In this document: piece by piece, positions 1-9,823 of the stretch | Numbering within the stretch: position 1 is the first letter of the stretch | Layout of the letters: every line of letters starts with the position of its first letter | From: Candidatus Poribacteria bacterium | GTDB lineage: Bacteria > Poribacteria > WGA-4E > WGA-3G | Assembly: GCA_965198235.1 (NCBI GenBank) | Contig: OZ240248.1 | Location: 2,528,001-2,592,000, forward strand | Direction of reading: 5' to 3' | DNA length: 64,000 bases | Made by a program: the position numbers and the translations under genes | The notes under the pieces: generated by a model | The model's database searches: none | Seen by the model: only the letters and a program-made list of their open reading frames with translations | What the model was told of the DNA's origin: nothing

Positions 1-34
1 TACCTCTTTCTGGGTTTGTTCTGTCGCCATCGGG

Positions 35-775
35 TTACCTCCGGTGGACATCTAAAAACGTGAAGACCTTCTGAATCCGTTGCAACTGCTTTTGAAGTGA
101 AGCAGCCCGCTCAAATTGCAGTGCCTCCGAGGCTCTATCTCGTTTTGCAACCAGACTTGTCTGCACTTTTTCGTACTCGCCGTCCAGCAGATTGACGATA
201 TCCATTATCATTTCTCCATAAAGTTCGCGCGTAATGAGTGCGGCGCAAGGCGCCTCGCAGCGTTTCAGGTGGTACTGGAAACAGGCGCGAAATCCTGGAA
301 TCGGCGTGATTTCCCCTTCACACGTGCGAACTGGGAAGATACGCTGTAAAACATTGATCGCTTCATCCGTCCATCGCCGACTTGACAACGGACCGAAATA
401 CCGCGCACCATCTGGCTGTGTTTCGGATACTCTTTCAAGGCGCGGAAAAGCCTCTCCGATATCTATCCGAATGAACCAAGATGTCCGTCCAAACTTCAGA
501 GCGGTGTTATAGGAAGGTTGATATTCTTGGATGAGTCGCGATTCTAAGAAGAGTGCTTCCTGTTCCGAACGACAGATCTGATACCGAACATCTGTTGTCC
601 ACCGGATAAGCCGTTTGATTTTGTTTGGGCGTCTTTTGGTCTTGTGGAGATAGGAACGGACGCGCTTCCGTAGACATTTCGCCTTGCCGATATAAAGGAT
701 TTTCCCCGAAGCCCCGCGAAAAAAGTAAACGCCCGGGTCCAAAGGGGCATCGGCTACCATTTCTTGAGTTAGCAT
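35..775 (-). CDS. GIY-YIG nuclease with UVR domain (UvrC N-terminal/Cho-like)
   Basis: PGVYFF...ILYIGKAKCLRKRVRSY, ALFLESRLIQEYQPSYN, Cys cluster, C-terminal ASEALQFERAA UVR motif; lacks the UvrC C-terminal half. Confidence 0.85.
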   Translation of the reverse strand: MLTQEMVADAPLDPGVYFFRGASGKILYIGKAKCLRKRVRSYLHKTKRRPNKIKRLIRWTTDVRYQICRSEQEALFLESRLIQEYQPSYNTALKFGRTSWFIRIDIGEAFPRLERVSETQPDGARYFGPLSSRRWTDEAINVLQRIFPVRTCEGEITPIPGFRACFQYHLKRCEAPCAALITRELYGEMIMDIVNLLDGEYEKVQTSLVAKRDRASEALQFERAASLQKQLQRIQKVFTFLDVHRR

Positions 776-910
776 TGTTCAATTCACAGAGTAATGTTTG
801 CTGTTACACTCTATCATATTTTCCAAAATTATTCAACAGCAAAAACGTAGGCAGAACCTTGACACATTTTTCCCTTTCTGCTAAACTCGTATACAAAGGG
901 AGGAAGAAAA

Positions 911-1654
911 ATGAAACAAATATTTTGGTTTGTTATCATTGGTAGTTTGTGTGTGGCAACAAATCCTCTTTCGGCGGAACTGCTAGACGATGCAGTCGGC
1001 ATCTGGCTTTTTGACGAAGGCAAAGGCGGTGTTGCAGCGGATACATCGGGCAATGGGAACGACGGTGCAATTACTGGCGCGAAGTGGGCAGAAGGCAAAT
1101 TCGGCGGCGCATTGGAATTTGAACCACCCCATGTTGTGACCGTTAAACCCTCTGATAGCATCAATTTCAAAGACCAGATGACCATCGCAACTTGGGTCTA
1201 TATGAATAAAGGTGTTTCCGATACCGCTATTCGACGGAACGGTTCCTACTTACTGGAGGTTCAATCAGCAACCGAGCGCGTACCGGGCGGCTATGTCTTC
1301 GGCATCTGGTCGGGGGGTGGGTTTACCGGTGGCGTGTGGGGAAAAACCGTCATCGACCCCGAAAAATGGTATCACATCGTTGGACTCTACGATGGCAATG
1401 AAATGAAACTTTATGTAGATGGCACGCTTGAATCTGCCGTCAAACAGGGCGGTGATGTAAGTCAGGCAGGTGAGCTACTGTTTGGGACTTTTGGGGGTGA
1501 GAAGTTTATCGGCAGATTGGACGAAATAATCTTCTTTGACCGGGGTATCACGGAAGCAGAGATCGCTGAGTTGATGACAGGTGTGGAAGCTGTCCTGCCT
1601 GTCTCTCCAAACGGTTTGCTGACAACCACTTGGGGACGACTCAAGACGAGGTAG
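911..1654 (+). CDS. Secreted LamG/concanavalin A-like domain protein
   Basis: Signal peptide, WLFDEGKG..AADTSGNGNDG, WYHIVG, LDEI; C-terminal VSPNGLLTTTWGRLK tail. Confidence 0.85.
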   Translation: MKQIFWFVIIGSLCVATNPLSAELLDDAVGIWLFDEGKGGVAADTSGNGNDGAITGAKWAEGKFGGALEFEPPHVVTVKPSDSINFKDQMTIATWVYMNKGVSDTAIRRNGSYLLEVQSATERVPGGYVFGIWSGGGFTGGVWGKTVIDPEKWYHIVGLYDGNEMKLYVDGTLESAVKQGGDVSQAGELLFGTFGGEKFIGRLDEIIFFDRGITEAEIAELMTGVEAVLPVSPNGLLTTTWGRLKTR

Positions 1655-1754
1655 TAGAAAACCAGTTTTGCTGTGTGCTTTGTAAGTCTGTCCTTCAGGA
1701 CGCTTTTGCTACTCATGGACGTTTGATTGATAGAAAGGTGAAAAAAGACGCTTT

Positions 1755-2612
1755 ATGCACAATTGGGAACCGACTCCTGACCAAAAAGAGCAATACGAGA
1801 CCGAAGGCTACTTTATCCTCCGGGATGTTATCCCAAAGGACGTGGCGGCGGAACTCCGCGGTGTTATTCGCAACGTTATCATGTTACCCGATCCGGGGAA
1901 ATTCGTCGATTTCGATCCGATGGATCCGATGGACGACTCACCGCAAGGACGCATTGCTCGCTATCGCAAACTCAATAACTTCTGTGTCCAATCCCCGCTG
2001 ATATGGCACAACGTGCATGCTGCTCCGGCAGTACTCAATATCGCACGCTATTTCCTCGGCGACGATATTATCATGAAGTTCAACAGTTGTTTCCTCAAAC
2101 CATCGCACACTGGCAGCGCAACTCCGTGGCACCAAGACAATGGACTCTGGCGCGACGGTGAAACGGAGCCTTTCAACTTCTGGATACCCCTTGAACCCGC
2201 AACCCGGGAAAATGGATGCATGCAATTCATCCCCGGTAGCCACAAAACCGAGATCGTTGAACACGTCTTGTATCCCGATAGCATACACGGTGAACTGCCA
2301 CGGGAAGCCGTTCAGGAGATGATCGAAAAGCACGGTATACATCATATTGAATTGGATCCTGGAGATGTCGTCATTTGGCACAGCAGTATGTGGCACTATA
2401 GTCCGCCGAACAAGAGCGAAAAGAGCCGTATTGCTGTCGCGGGGGTCTATACAAATCTAAAAATTGCCAAGACGAGCAAACGTTTCTGGCACAATTTCCG
2501 ATGGGTGATGAAGAGGGGTGAAGTATGTAAACAATTTCCACCGGAAGCTATTCCAGTGGAAGATGATGCCACTGAAAAACCGAAGCCGTTTCCGCCTGCT
2601 GAGGACTACTAA
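1755..2612 (+). CDS. Phytanoyl-CoA dioxygenase (PhyH) family Fe(II)/2OG oxygenase
   Basis: TPWHQD (HxD), ENGCMQFIPGSH, distal WHYSPPN..SR. Confidence 0.9.
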   Translation: MHNWEPTPDQKEQYETEGYFILRDVIPKDVAAELRGVIRNVIMLPDPGKFVDFDPMDPMDDSPQGRIARYRKLNNFCVQSPLIWHNVHAAPAVLNIARYFLGDDIIMKFNSCFLKPSHTGSATPWHQDNGLWRDGETEPFNFWIPLEPATRENGCMQFIPGSHKTEIVEHVLYPDSIHGELPREAVQEMIEKHGIHHIELDPGDVVIWHSSMWHYSPPNKSEKSRIAVAGVYTNLKIAKTSKRFWHNFRWVMKRGEVCKQFPPEAIPVEDDATEKPKPFPPAEDY

Positions 2613-2615
2613 CCA

Positions 2616-2801
2616 ATGGCATTGAAGAAGCCAAATATCGTTGTCTATCTGTCTGACGATCACGGTTGGGAATACCTCGGTTGTTATGGAAACCCACAGA
2701 TCCAAACCCCACATCTCGATGGTCTCGCTGAGGAGGGAATCCGTTTTACACATGCGTTCACACCGACACCGACATGTGCCCCGTCTCGCTCCACCCTTTA
2801 T
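2616..2801 (+). pseudogene. Sulfatase N-terminal fragment, interrupted by TnpB element
   Basis: KPNIVVYLSDDHG...TPHLD.LA.EG..F...CAPSR formylglycine motif; homology ends at TTTAT (2797-2801). Confidence 0.85.
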
Positions 2802-4184
2802 CAATCTTCCCGCCAAGACCCCATGCTTTAGCTTGCGGGATGTAGGCAGGCATTATGTTTTACAATAAAAAAGGTTGACTTTAAGATATAATTATAGTAT
2901 CACGTTGGCAGACATGACAAGCGTAATCGCAAGGTTACGTGTCTGCCTACCGACTTGTTAGGGGTTAAAGACGTGATACGTGAAACCTTATGCACACTTA
3001 CAAATATCAGTTTGAACACCAATCTAACACGATCCGTCTTGGCAATCTGCTTGACGATATGCACCAAGTGCATGTCTATTTCCACTTGTGGCAACGTCAG
3101 CGATATAAAGACGGATTGCCGCATGCGAACTATCACGCGATGTCTGCTCACTTGACGGTGTTGAAAAAGACGACGCATCGGCATTGGAATGCTTTGCCGA
3201 GTCAAGCAATCCAATGTGAGTTGAAACGTATTGATAGAGCCTATCAACGCTTTTTAAATAAACTTGGGGGTAGACCCCATATCAAGCCGAAGCATAAGTT
3301 TAAATCTATAACCTTCCCAGGGCAGTCTGGCTGGAAGATACAAGATAATCGTATCACAATAACTTTTAGAGAATGGGATCCTGATAGCCGTAAATGGAAC
3401 CCTAAGCGAACCCCTTACTCATTTTACAAACACCGCGATTGGCACGGTAATATCAATCGAATAACAATAAAGCGTGATAACTGTGGTGATTATTGGCTCT
3501 GTATTACCACAGATTTTGTGGATACCGAAATCTTACCGACAACAGGTCAGAGCGTTGGGGCAGACTTCGGTATGGACACTTACTTGACACTCAACACAGG
3601 TGAGAAGATACACCACCCGCAACCTTTGAAACACTCCTTGAACGAACTTCGGAAACTCAATAAGGCACTGAGCCGTAAGGTCAAAGGTTCTGGTAATTGG
3701 TGGCGTGCTGTCAGAGCACTCGCACGGCTCTACCGAAAAATAGCGAATCAACGTAAGGATTGGCATTGGAAACTTGCTACCTATTTCTGTCGGAAGTTTG
3801 ATACCATCGCTACCGAGACGCTGAACCTTGATGGCATGAAACGTCTGTGGGGTCGTAAGGTCTCTGACCTTGCTTTTTACCAGTTTGTTGAGATATTGAA
3901 GTATAAGTGTATCAAACATGGACGTGAGTTCCGTCAAGTCGGGCAATGGACAGCGACAACGAAACCTTGCTCTGATTGTGGCTATCACAACAACAATGTT
4001 TCTCTCTCTGATAGGCAATGGATATGTCCTGAATGTGGTTCTCACCACGACAGAGACATCAACGCTGCGATAAACATTTTGAGGCTTGCTTAGAACGCCT
4101 CTGTGGAGCAGACATAAGCCCTTCCTCGGAAGGCAAACTGCTACGAAGCACAAGTCCCACGCTTTAGCGTGTGGGTGCTATGAC
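2802..4184 (+). mobile_element. IS200/IS605-family (IS1341-like, tnpB-only) element
   Basis: Left-end hairpin CCCATGCTTTAGCTTGCGGG, right-end hairpin CCCACGCTTTAGCGTGTGGG followed by TGAC (alternative end TCAC at 4189); no tnpA. Confidence 0.8.
2990..4093 (+). CDS. tnpB: RNA-guided endonuclease TnpB
   Basis: RuvC-I GADFG, RuvC-II ETLNL, zinc finger CSDC...CPEC, RuvC-III DRDINAAINI. Confidence 0.92.
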   Translation: MHTYKYQFEHQSNTIRLGNLLDDMHQVHVYFHLWQRQRYKDGLPHANYHAMSAHLTVLKKTTHRHWNALPSQAIQCELKRIDRAYQRFLNKLGGRPHIKPKHKFKSITFPGQSGWKIQDNRITITFREWDPDSRKWNPKRTPYSFYKHRDWHGNINRITIKRDNCGDYWLCITTDFVDTEILPTTGQSVGADFGMDTYLTLNTGEKIHHPQPLKHSLNELRKLNKALSRKVKGSGNWWRAVRALARLYRKIANQRKDWHWKLATYFCRKFDTIATETLNLDGMKRLWGRKVSDLAFYQFVEILKYKCIKHGREFRQVGQWTATTKPCSDCGYHNNNVSLSDRQWICPECGSHHDRDINAAINILRLA

Positions 4185-4364
4185 CTCACCCAACATCACC
4201 CTGTAGAGGAATTATATGATGTGACGGCGGATCCGTATGAGTTCAACAATTTGGCTTTCAGTGCGGAAATGCGCCCAATTCTTGAAGAAATGCGCGCCGA
4301 TGTCCGGCACTGGATGCACTCACAAAACGATGAAGGGAGACGTGAAACATGCAATCTAAACTGA
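4185..4364 (+). pseudogene. Sulfatase C-terminal fragment
   Basis: HPVEELYDVTADPYEFNNLA, matching PPEELYDLQADPYEINNLA of the intact sulfatase at 43 kb. Confidence 0.8.
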
Positions 4365-4993
4365 TGAACAATTGGATTGTAAACCTGAGATCGCCATTTT
4401 CGAGTAAGGCTGATTTAGCAGGTTTCTCAGTTCTATGCGCCGTTATTATTTTCTTCTGCCTTGCGTGTGGCAATGCAGAACGAACGACCCACATTGTAAC
4501 AGCACCGGAGGACGCAGCTCAAAAACTCCCTATGGGCGAAGGGTTGGACCTCGGCGCACTCGCCCCCGGATTCTCGCTTCCAGATGGTGATGGGGAATTC
4601 CATAGTCTTTCAGAGTATCGCGGACAGAAACTTGTTATTGTTTTTTACCGCACCGGCACATGAGGCGACTGCCGAACGCAACTCGGTGAGTTGCAGGAAG
4701 GTTATGAAAACATTCAAGCCGAAGGTGCCGAACTGATCGCTATCAGTTCTGATCCGATAGCGACTGTTAATTCAACACAGCAGACGCTTCAAATTGCCTA
4801 TCTCTTGCTCTCGGATGAAAAAACTAAGACAATAGAGGCTTATAATGTTGTTGACCCGAGTGAAATCGAGGTAGCACGTCCAGTGGTCTATATTGTTAAT
4901 CAGGATGGTAACATCGCGTGGAAATACCTTGATGCCAGGAGTGGTAAACGTATCGGTCCTGAACCAATACTTGCACAGTTGAAGAAATTTTAG
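4349..4993 (+). CDS. Peroxiredoxin-like (AhpC/TSA) selenoprotein, probable lipoprotein; UGA at 4661-4663 read as Sec
   Basis: ORFs 4349-4663 and 4691-4993 are in frame; read-through gives FYRTGT-U-GDC-RTQLGELQ, equivalent to FYRGxWCPxC; lipobox-like LAC. Confidence 0.85.
4678..4694 (+). promoter_or_regulatory. Bacterial SECIS-like hairpin
   Basis: GCAACTC-GGT-GAGTTGC perfect 7-bp stem with G-containing loop, starting 15 nt after the in-frame UGA. Confidence 0.7.
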
Positions 4994-5009
4994 GAGGAGT
5001 CTTTTAATA

Positions 5010-5822
5010 ATGATTGACGTTTGCTATTTTGCTGATGAAGTTTCTAAAACCGATTTTGAGGAAGCCATTAAACTCGGTGTTGAAGCCGGGGCAAATACCG
5101 TCGAAATCCGCGGCGGTGTTTGGGGAAAACACGTGACCGAGATTGACGATGACGATGTGAAACGTGTTCAAGATGTGCTTGGTGCTTATAATGTCCGTGT
5201 TGCGAGTGTCGGATCGCCCTTCGGTAAATGCTCTATTGACGATTCTCAGGAGTACGAACAGCATCAACGACACTTTGATCGGATGGTGACCTTGGCACAC
5301 GCATTTGATACCCAAGTCATTCGAGGATTTACGTTTTGGAATCCAAATCGTCGGACGAAAGGCGCGCCGCGCCCGGATATTAACGACTATATGGAACGCA
5401 TCGTCGAGAAACTCTCGCTTGTCGTTCCGGTTGCAGAGCGCGCGAACGTTACGCTGTGCTTTGAAAACGAGAGTGCCTGTCTCGCCGGAACCTGTGAAGA
5501 GACGCGTGCTGTCATCAATGCGCTCGGAAATAGTCCCGCCCTCACCTCGTGCTGGGATGTCAATAACGGTCTACACTGTGGAGAAAATCCCTTGCCGGAT
5601 GGGTACACCCATATTAAGGGGTTGGTGCGGCATGTCCATGTGAAACCGAACAGTGAGAAAAACCTTGATCCGATTGGTGACACGGAATTGCACTATAAAC
5701 AGGTGTTGGAAGTGCTCGTCGCTGATGGATTCACGGGCGCAGCGAGTATTGAACATTGGGGACAACCAGAAGATATGTTGAAGGGTGTGCGGCAACTGCG
5801 TGCCTTAGTTGATGCCATATAA
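5010..5822 (+). CDS. Sugar phosphate isomerase/epimerase (xylose isomerase-like TIM barrel)
   Basis: LCFENE, WDVNN, HVHVK, SIEH metal-ligand pattern. Confidence 0.85.
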   Translation: MIDVCYFADEVSKTDFEEAIKLGVEAGANTVEIRGGVWGKHVTEIDDDDVKRVQDVLGAYNVRVASVGSPFGKCSIDDSQEYEQHQRHFDRMVTLAHAFDTQVIRGFTFWNPNRRTKGAPRPDINDYMERIVEKLSLVVPVAERANVTLCFENESACLAGTCEETRAVINALGNSPALTSCWDVNNGLHCGENPLPDGYTHIKGLVRHVHVKPNSEKNLDPIGDTELHYKQVLEVLVADGFTGAASIEHWGQPEDMLKGVRQLRALVDAI

Positions 5823-5847
5823 CTGCTTATGGATAAAGGAGAACACA

Positions 5848-6834
5848 ATGCAACTGAAGCCGGATGCACCGCAATTAACTTGGCAGGGGGCTGTCTCCCT
5901 ACAGAAAACCGAGGACTGGGTGATGCCGTGGCGCACACCACACCCGATGCATGTCCTATTCCCAGAGCCGTTACTTGAACGCTCAGCGATGCCCGCAGGC
6001 GTTCGCATCAGTTTTCGGAGCAATACGACGCGGATTTCAGGTAATATCGTGCCACAGAACGAAAGCGGGATGCTTGATCTCTGTTGTGATGGTGAAGTCG
6101 TAGTCTCGCTTGACCTGACTCAGAAAGACAGTTTCACTTTTGAAGGGTTGTCCGATGGGGAAAAATTGATTGAGTTGTGGCTGCCGCAATTCGGAATGTT
6201 TCAACTTCGCAGCTTAGAAGTAGATGATGGCGTAACACTGCGACCATTCGCCGACGCTCGACCCCGGTGGGTGACTTATGGGAGCTCTATCACACAGTGC
6301 CGGACAGCGGCATCGCCGACACAAACATGGCCCGCAATTGTCGCACGTGAACATGGGCTAAATTTAACCTGTCTCGGTTACGGTGGACAGTGCCATCTCG
6401 ATGCAATGGTGGCACGGATGATCCGCGATCTGCCGGCTGATTATATCTCGATGTGTCTCGGCATTAACATCCAAGGAGCATCCAGTTTAGGACCGCGAGC
6501 GTTTCGTCCCGCAATTATCGGGGCAGTCCAGGTTGTCCGTGAGAAACATCCGGATATACCACTTGTGCTAATGTCCCCGATCTACTCTCCACCGAGGGAA
6601 GAAAATCCAAACGCCGTAGGGTTTCATCTCAGGGGTATGCGTGAAGAGGTGCAAGCCGCTGCCGAGGCTCTTCAATCACACGGTGATCGGCACATCCATT
6701 ACGTTGACGGGTTGAGTGTGTTTGGGTCTGATTATGAACATCTGCTCCCAGATGCCCTGCATCCGGATGCGGAGGGCTACCGGGTTATGGGCAAGAATTT
6801 CATAACTGAGGTGGCTGAGAAATTTTTTGTATGA
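5848..6834 (+). CDS. SGNH/GDSL hydrolase
   Basis: YGSSITQ, LGYGG, GIN, DALHP; RBS AAGGAG before ATG 5848. Confidence 0.85.
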   Translation: MQLKPDAPQLTWQGAVSLQKTEDWVMPWRTPHPMHVLFPEPLLERSAMPAGVRISFRSNTTRISGNIVPQNESGMLDLCCDGEVVVSLDLTQKDSFTFEGLSDGEKLIELWLPQFGMFQLRSLEVDDGVTLRPFADARPRWVTYGSSITQCRTAASPTQTWPAIVAREHGLNLTCLGYGGQCHLDAMVARMIRDLPADYISMCLGINIQGASSLGPRAFRPAIIGAVQVVREKHPDIPLVLMSPIYSPPREENPNAVGFHLRGMREEVQAAAEALQSHGDRHIHYVDGLSVFGSDYEHLLPDALHPDAEGYRVMGKNFITEVAEKFFV

Positions 6835-6842
6835 ATAAAGAA

Positions 6843-6864
6843 GGGCGGGAACATTTTCCCGCCC
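6843..6864. terminator. Hairpin between convergent genes, probable terminator
   Basis: GGGCGGGAA...TTCCCGCCC. Confidence 0.55.
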
Positions 6865-6896
6865 AGATCTCTTTGTCGTTAAGAACGGACTGGCGT

Positions 6897-7655
6897 CTAT
6901 TGGGCTTTCAATGTCGCCCACGTCGTCGCTAACTTACCTTTCGACGAAACGTCTAACGCAGCCTCCCAGCCTTCCTCGGCGAGGAGTTGAATGTCCTCTT
7001 CTTCTAACGCCACACCTTTTTTGGTGACGAAAACCTCATCTAATCCACCAACGAGATTTTCACTGCCCCAGCCACCGAACTTCAGAATAGCTGGACTGTC
7101 CATAGTCGCGCCGACATTCCGTTCTGTCTCCTTTTTACCGTTCACGTACAACGAGATGACCCCTTTTTTACGAACAGCGACGGTATGATGCCAACCCTTT
7201 CCGACAATATCGGTTTTACCGTCGTCAATGTGTTGTCCGCCTCCCTCGAAAATAAAGAAACCGGTGTCTCTGTCGATACTTGAACTCATCGCCCAGAATC
7301 CGGCACCGCCGTTCCGTTTGATGATGACGTAGGCATCTTTATTGTCCGAGTTCATCCAACATCCGACAGTAAAATCATCATCCTCAAAGTTGAAAAGGTC
7401 GTTATGCTCAATAACGACATATTTCGGGCTTCCATCAAATTCCAATGCTTTGCCGAACTTTCCATTTATCCATTTGGGTCCGTCAAATTCCCCATCGTTC
7501 CCGTTCTCAGTAAAATCTTTAACAGCTTGTCCTTTACCTTCATCAAAAAGCCAGATGCCAGCAAAGTCGTCGATGTTAATTTCGGCAGTGCCAAGCGAGA
7601 TAATGATGAGGCTGAGGCAGATGCTACACAGTATTGTGAGCCCACGAAATTTCAT
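6897..7655 (-). CDS. Secreted LamG-like domain protein
   Basis: Signal peptide, WLFDEGKG, WHHTVAV, LDEV; tail VSSKGKLATTWATLK. Confidence 0.85.
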   Translation of the reverse strand: MKFRGLTILCSICLSLIIISLGTAEINIDDFAGIWLFDEGKGQAVKDFTENGNDGEFDGPKWINGKFGKALEFDGSPKYVVIEHNDLFNFEDDDFTVGCWMNSDNKDAYVIIKRNGGAGFWAMSSSIDRDTGFFIFEGGGQHIDDGKTDIVGKGWHHTVAVRKKGVISLYVNGKKETERNVGATMDSPAILKFGGWGSENLVGGLDEVFVTKKGVALEEEDIQLLAEEGWEAALDVSSKGKLATTWATLKAQ

Positions 7656-7657
7656 GT

Positions 7658-8716
7658 CTATCCTCCTATCTCCACAGCGTTTCCGGTCTCTGCGGAAGCG
7701 TAAATAGCGTCGGTTATTTTCTGAACAACAAGGGCTTTTTCCAAACTCGTTGAAGGCTGTCGGTTTTCTCGGATGGCGGCAGCGAAATCAGACAACGGCG
7801 TGCTGTGTTCTGTTTCAGATATTTCATCTGCTTTTACGAGAGTTGTAGACACCACGCCGTCTTTTGTTGTGGGACGATTATAGATGACGGTTTCCGGTTT
7901 TCCGTCCTGCATATTCAGTTTCAGGGAACCTTCTGTGCCGATAATCTCCCAATCTGCGTGCGAATGCATCGTCATGAATTCACCGCGTTCCACGCTTAGC
8001 ACAATATCGCCCTCACAACGGATAATTGCAGTATAGTGCGTTTCAGCATCGGAGCCAGGGGCGATATGCGATTCAAACACCTCAGGCACGGTCCACGTTT
8101 GCGCAAATACGGTTTGTGGCTTGAGTTGCCACCCTGTAATACCGAGCAGATAGTCGAGGTCATAGCATCCCCAGTTGACAAGGATGCCACCACCGTTGAG
8201 GGCTTTAATCAACCGCCAGGCGGGACGTGGTGTGTCCGGTTCTTTCCTCGCCCCTACGATGGCGCGGCAGTGGACGGTACGGAGCTCTCCCAGACCACCC
8301 ATCGTGATAAGCTCCGTTGCAAGCCGAGCGGATGCCGTGAAACGCTTCCGTGAGGAACAGCATCCTGAGATTAAGTCACCCCGTGCAGCGATGAGTTGTT
8401 CAACCTCAGCGGCGTTCATCGCGATCGGTTTTTCAATCAGCACATGCTTGCCTCTTTCAAATGCGCGCAAGGCGACTGCGGTCCGGTATTGCGTAGGAAA
8501 CGCGAGGACAACTGCTTCGACATCATCATCGTTGAGCATATCAACGTCGTTGCTATACATTTTGGGGGGATTGAAACGTTCAGTCGCACTTGTTCTGTTT
8601 GCTTCGATGAGGTCCGCTGCAGCAACTAACTCAATATGTGATGCCTCTGATGCGATACTGAGGTGCCTGCTTCCGATCACACCGCACCCAATTACGCCTA
8701 CTTTTACGGGTGTCAT
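7658..8716 (-). CDS. Gfo/Idh/MocA oxidoreductase
   Basis: VGVIGCGVIG Rossmann motif, GKHVLIEKP, GGGILVNWGCY. Confidence 0.9.
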   Translation of the reverse strand: MTPVKVGVIGCGVIGSRHLSIASEASHIELVAAADLIEANRTSATERFNPPKMYSNDVDMLNDDDVEAVVLAFPTQYRTAVALRAFERGKHVLIEKPIAMNAAEVEQLIAARGDLISGCCSSRKRFTASARLATELITMGGLGELRTVHCRAIVGARKEPDTPRPAWRLIKALNGGGILVNWGCYDLDYLLGITGWQLKPQTVFAQTWTVPEVFESHIAPGSDAETHYTAIIRCEGDIVLSVERGEFMTMHSHADWEIIGTEGSLKLNMQDGKPETVIYNRPTTKDGVVSTTLVKADEISETEHSTPLSDFAAAIRENRQPSTSLEKALVVQKITDAIYASAETGNAVEIGG

Positions 8717-8961
8717 ACTTTTGGTAGCAAATTTCTGGCTTGCAGAAAAGCCCTTTCTCAAGATGAAGTCTAAGCGACAGGAGCAATTCCTGATCACTAC
8801 CCACAGTTGGAATTAAGCCCAAACTTATTTGTTTAGTATGGCATAGACAGGAATTGATGTCAAAGAAATTGTGGGTAGGTTCACACGGGGCAGCAAAATT
8901 TACGGCGGGGAAAGATGGGCGAATCTACAGAATCCGCCCTATCAAAGGAGAGTGTGTTACT

Positions 8962-9750
8962 TTAGAGTGAAGATTTGATTTGCGCCCAACGGGTCGCGAG
9001 TTTGCCCAGCGGTTGTACGGGAAGACCCTCCGCTTCAAAGATTTGTTCAACTTCGTCTGCTGAAAGAGCTTTACTGTAAATCATGACTTCGTCGATGATA
9101 CCTACAAAGCCGCCATCGCCTGCTTTACCAATTTCGGTTTCTGAACCACCGGTTGTCATAGGTCCGTTGTAGTTTTGTTCTTTCTCTAATTCACCATCAA
9201 CATAGAGTTGCATCTTTTTCTTATTAACAATGCCCACCATGTGGTGCCATTCGCCTTTTTTGAAAGTAGCAGCACCGAACCCGCCATCGCCTTGCCATCC
9301 GGGTGTGACAATGAATTCCATTTCCTGTCCGGCATTTCTACCATCAAAACGTAACGCCCAACCGTTGATATCGCGCTGCGCTACAATCGTCCCGCAACAT
9401 CCAGCGACAACACCTTTGACAGGACTATCGCTGTCAGCATTCACCCAGGCGACAACGCTCATCTCTTCTGCACCGGCGAATTCTAATGAAGCGGTGCCCG
9501 GAATATGGACGAAATTCTCGCCGCTGAATTCAAGTGCCTTTCCGACTTTGCCTGGAACGGGTTTCGGGTTCCCATCGAGTTCGCCATCGTTGTCGCCTAA
9601 AACATCCTCAACGACACCACCAGCAATAGTGCCTTCATCAAAGGGCCAGTAGCTAACTACACCATCTAATGGAAGTTGAGCGGACGTTAAAGGGGCAACT
9701 ACAAAGAGGCTCGCAATGAATAGGATTGACACTGATGTTCTTAGTAACAT
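8962..9750 (-). CDS. Secreted LamG-like domain protein
   Basis: SYWPFDEG, WHHMVG, IDEVMIYSKALS; tail VQPLGKLATRWAQIK. Confidence 0.85.
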   Translation of the reverse strand: MLLRTSVSILFIASLFVVAPLTSAQLPLDGVVSYWPFDEGTIAGGVVEDVLGDNDGELDGNPKPVPGKVGKALEFSGENFVHIPGTASLEFAGAEEMSVVAWVNADSDSPVKGVVAGCCGTIVAQRDINGWALRFDGRNAGQEMEFIVTPGWQGDGGFGAATFKKGEWHHMVGIVNKKKMQLYVDGELEKEQNYNGPMTTGGSETEIGKAGDGGFVGIIDEVMIYSKALSADEVEQIFEAEGLPVQPLGKLATRWAQIKSSL

Positions 9751-9779
9751 GTAATTTCATCTCCTCGTATTTAGGTTCA

Positions 9780-9813
9780 GAAAAAGGCGGGTAAGGGCAA
9801 GCATCACCCGCCT
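9780..9813 (-). terminator. Rho-independent terminator after LamG gene
   Basis: AGGCGGGT...ACCCGCCT stem followed by a T-run on the minus strand. Confidence 0.55.
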
Positions 9814-9823
9814 ATTGATTGGA

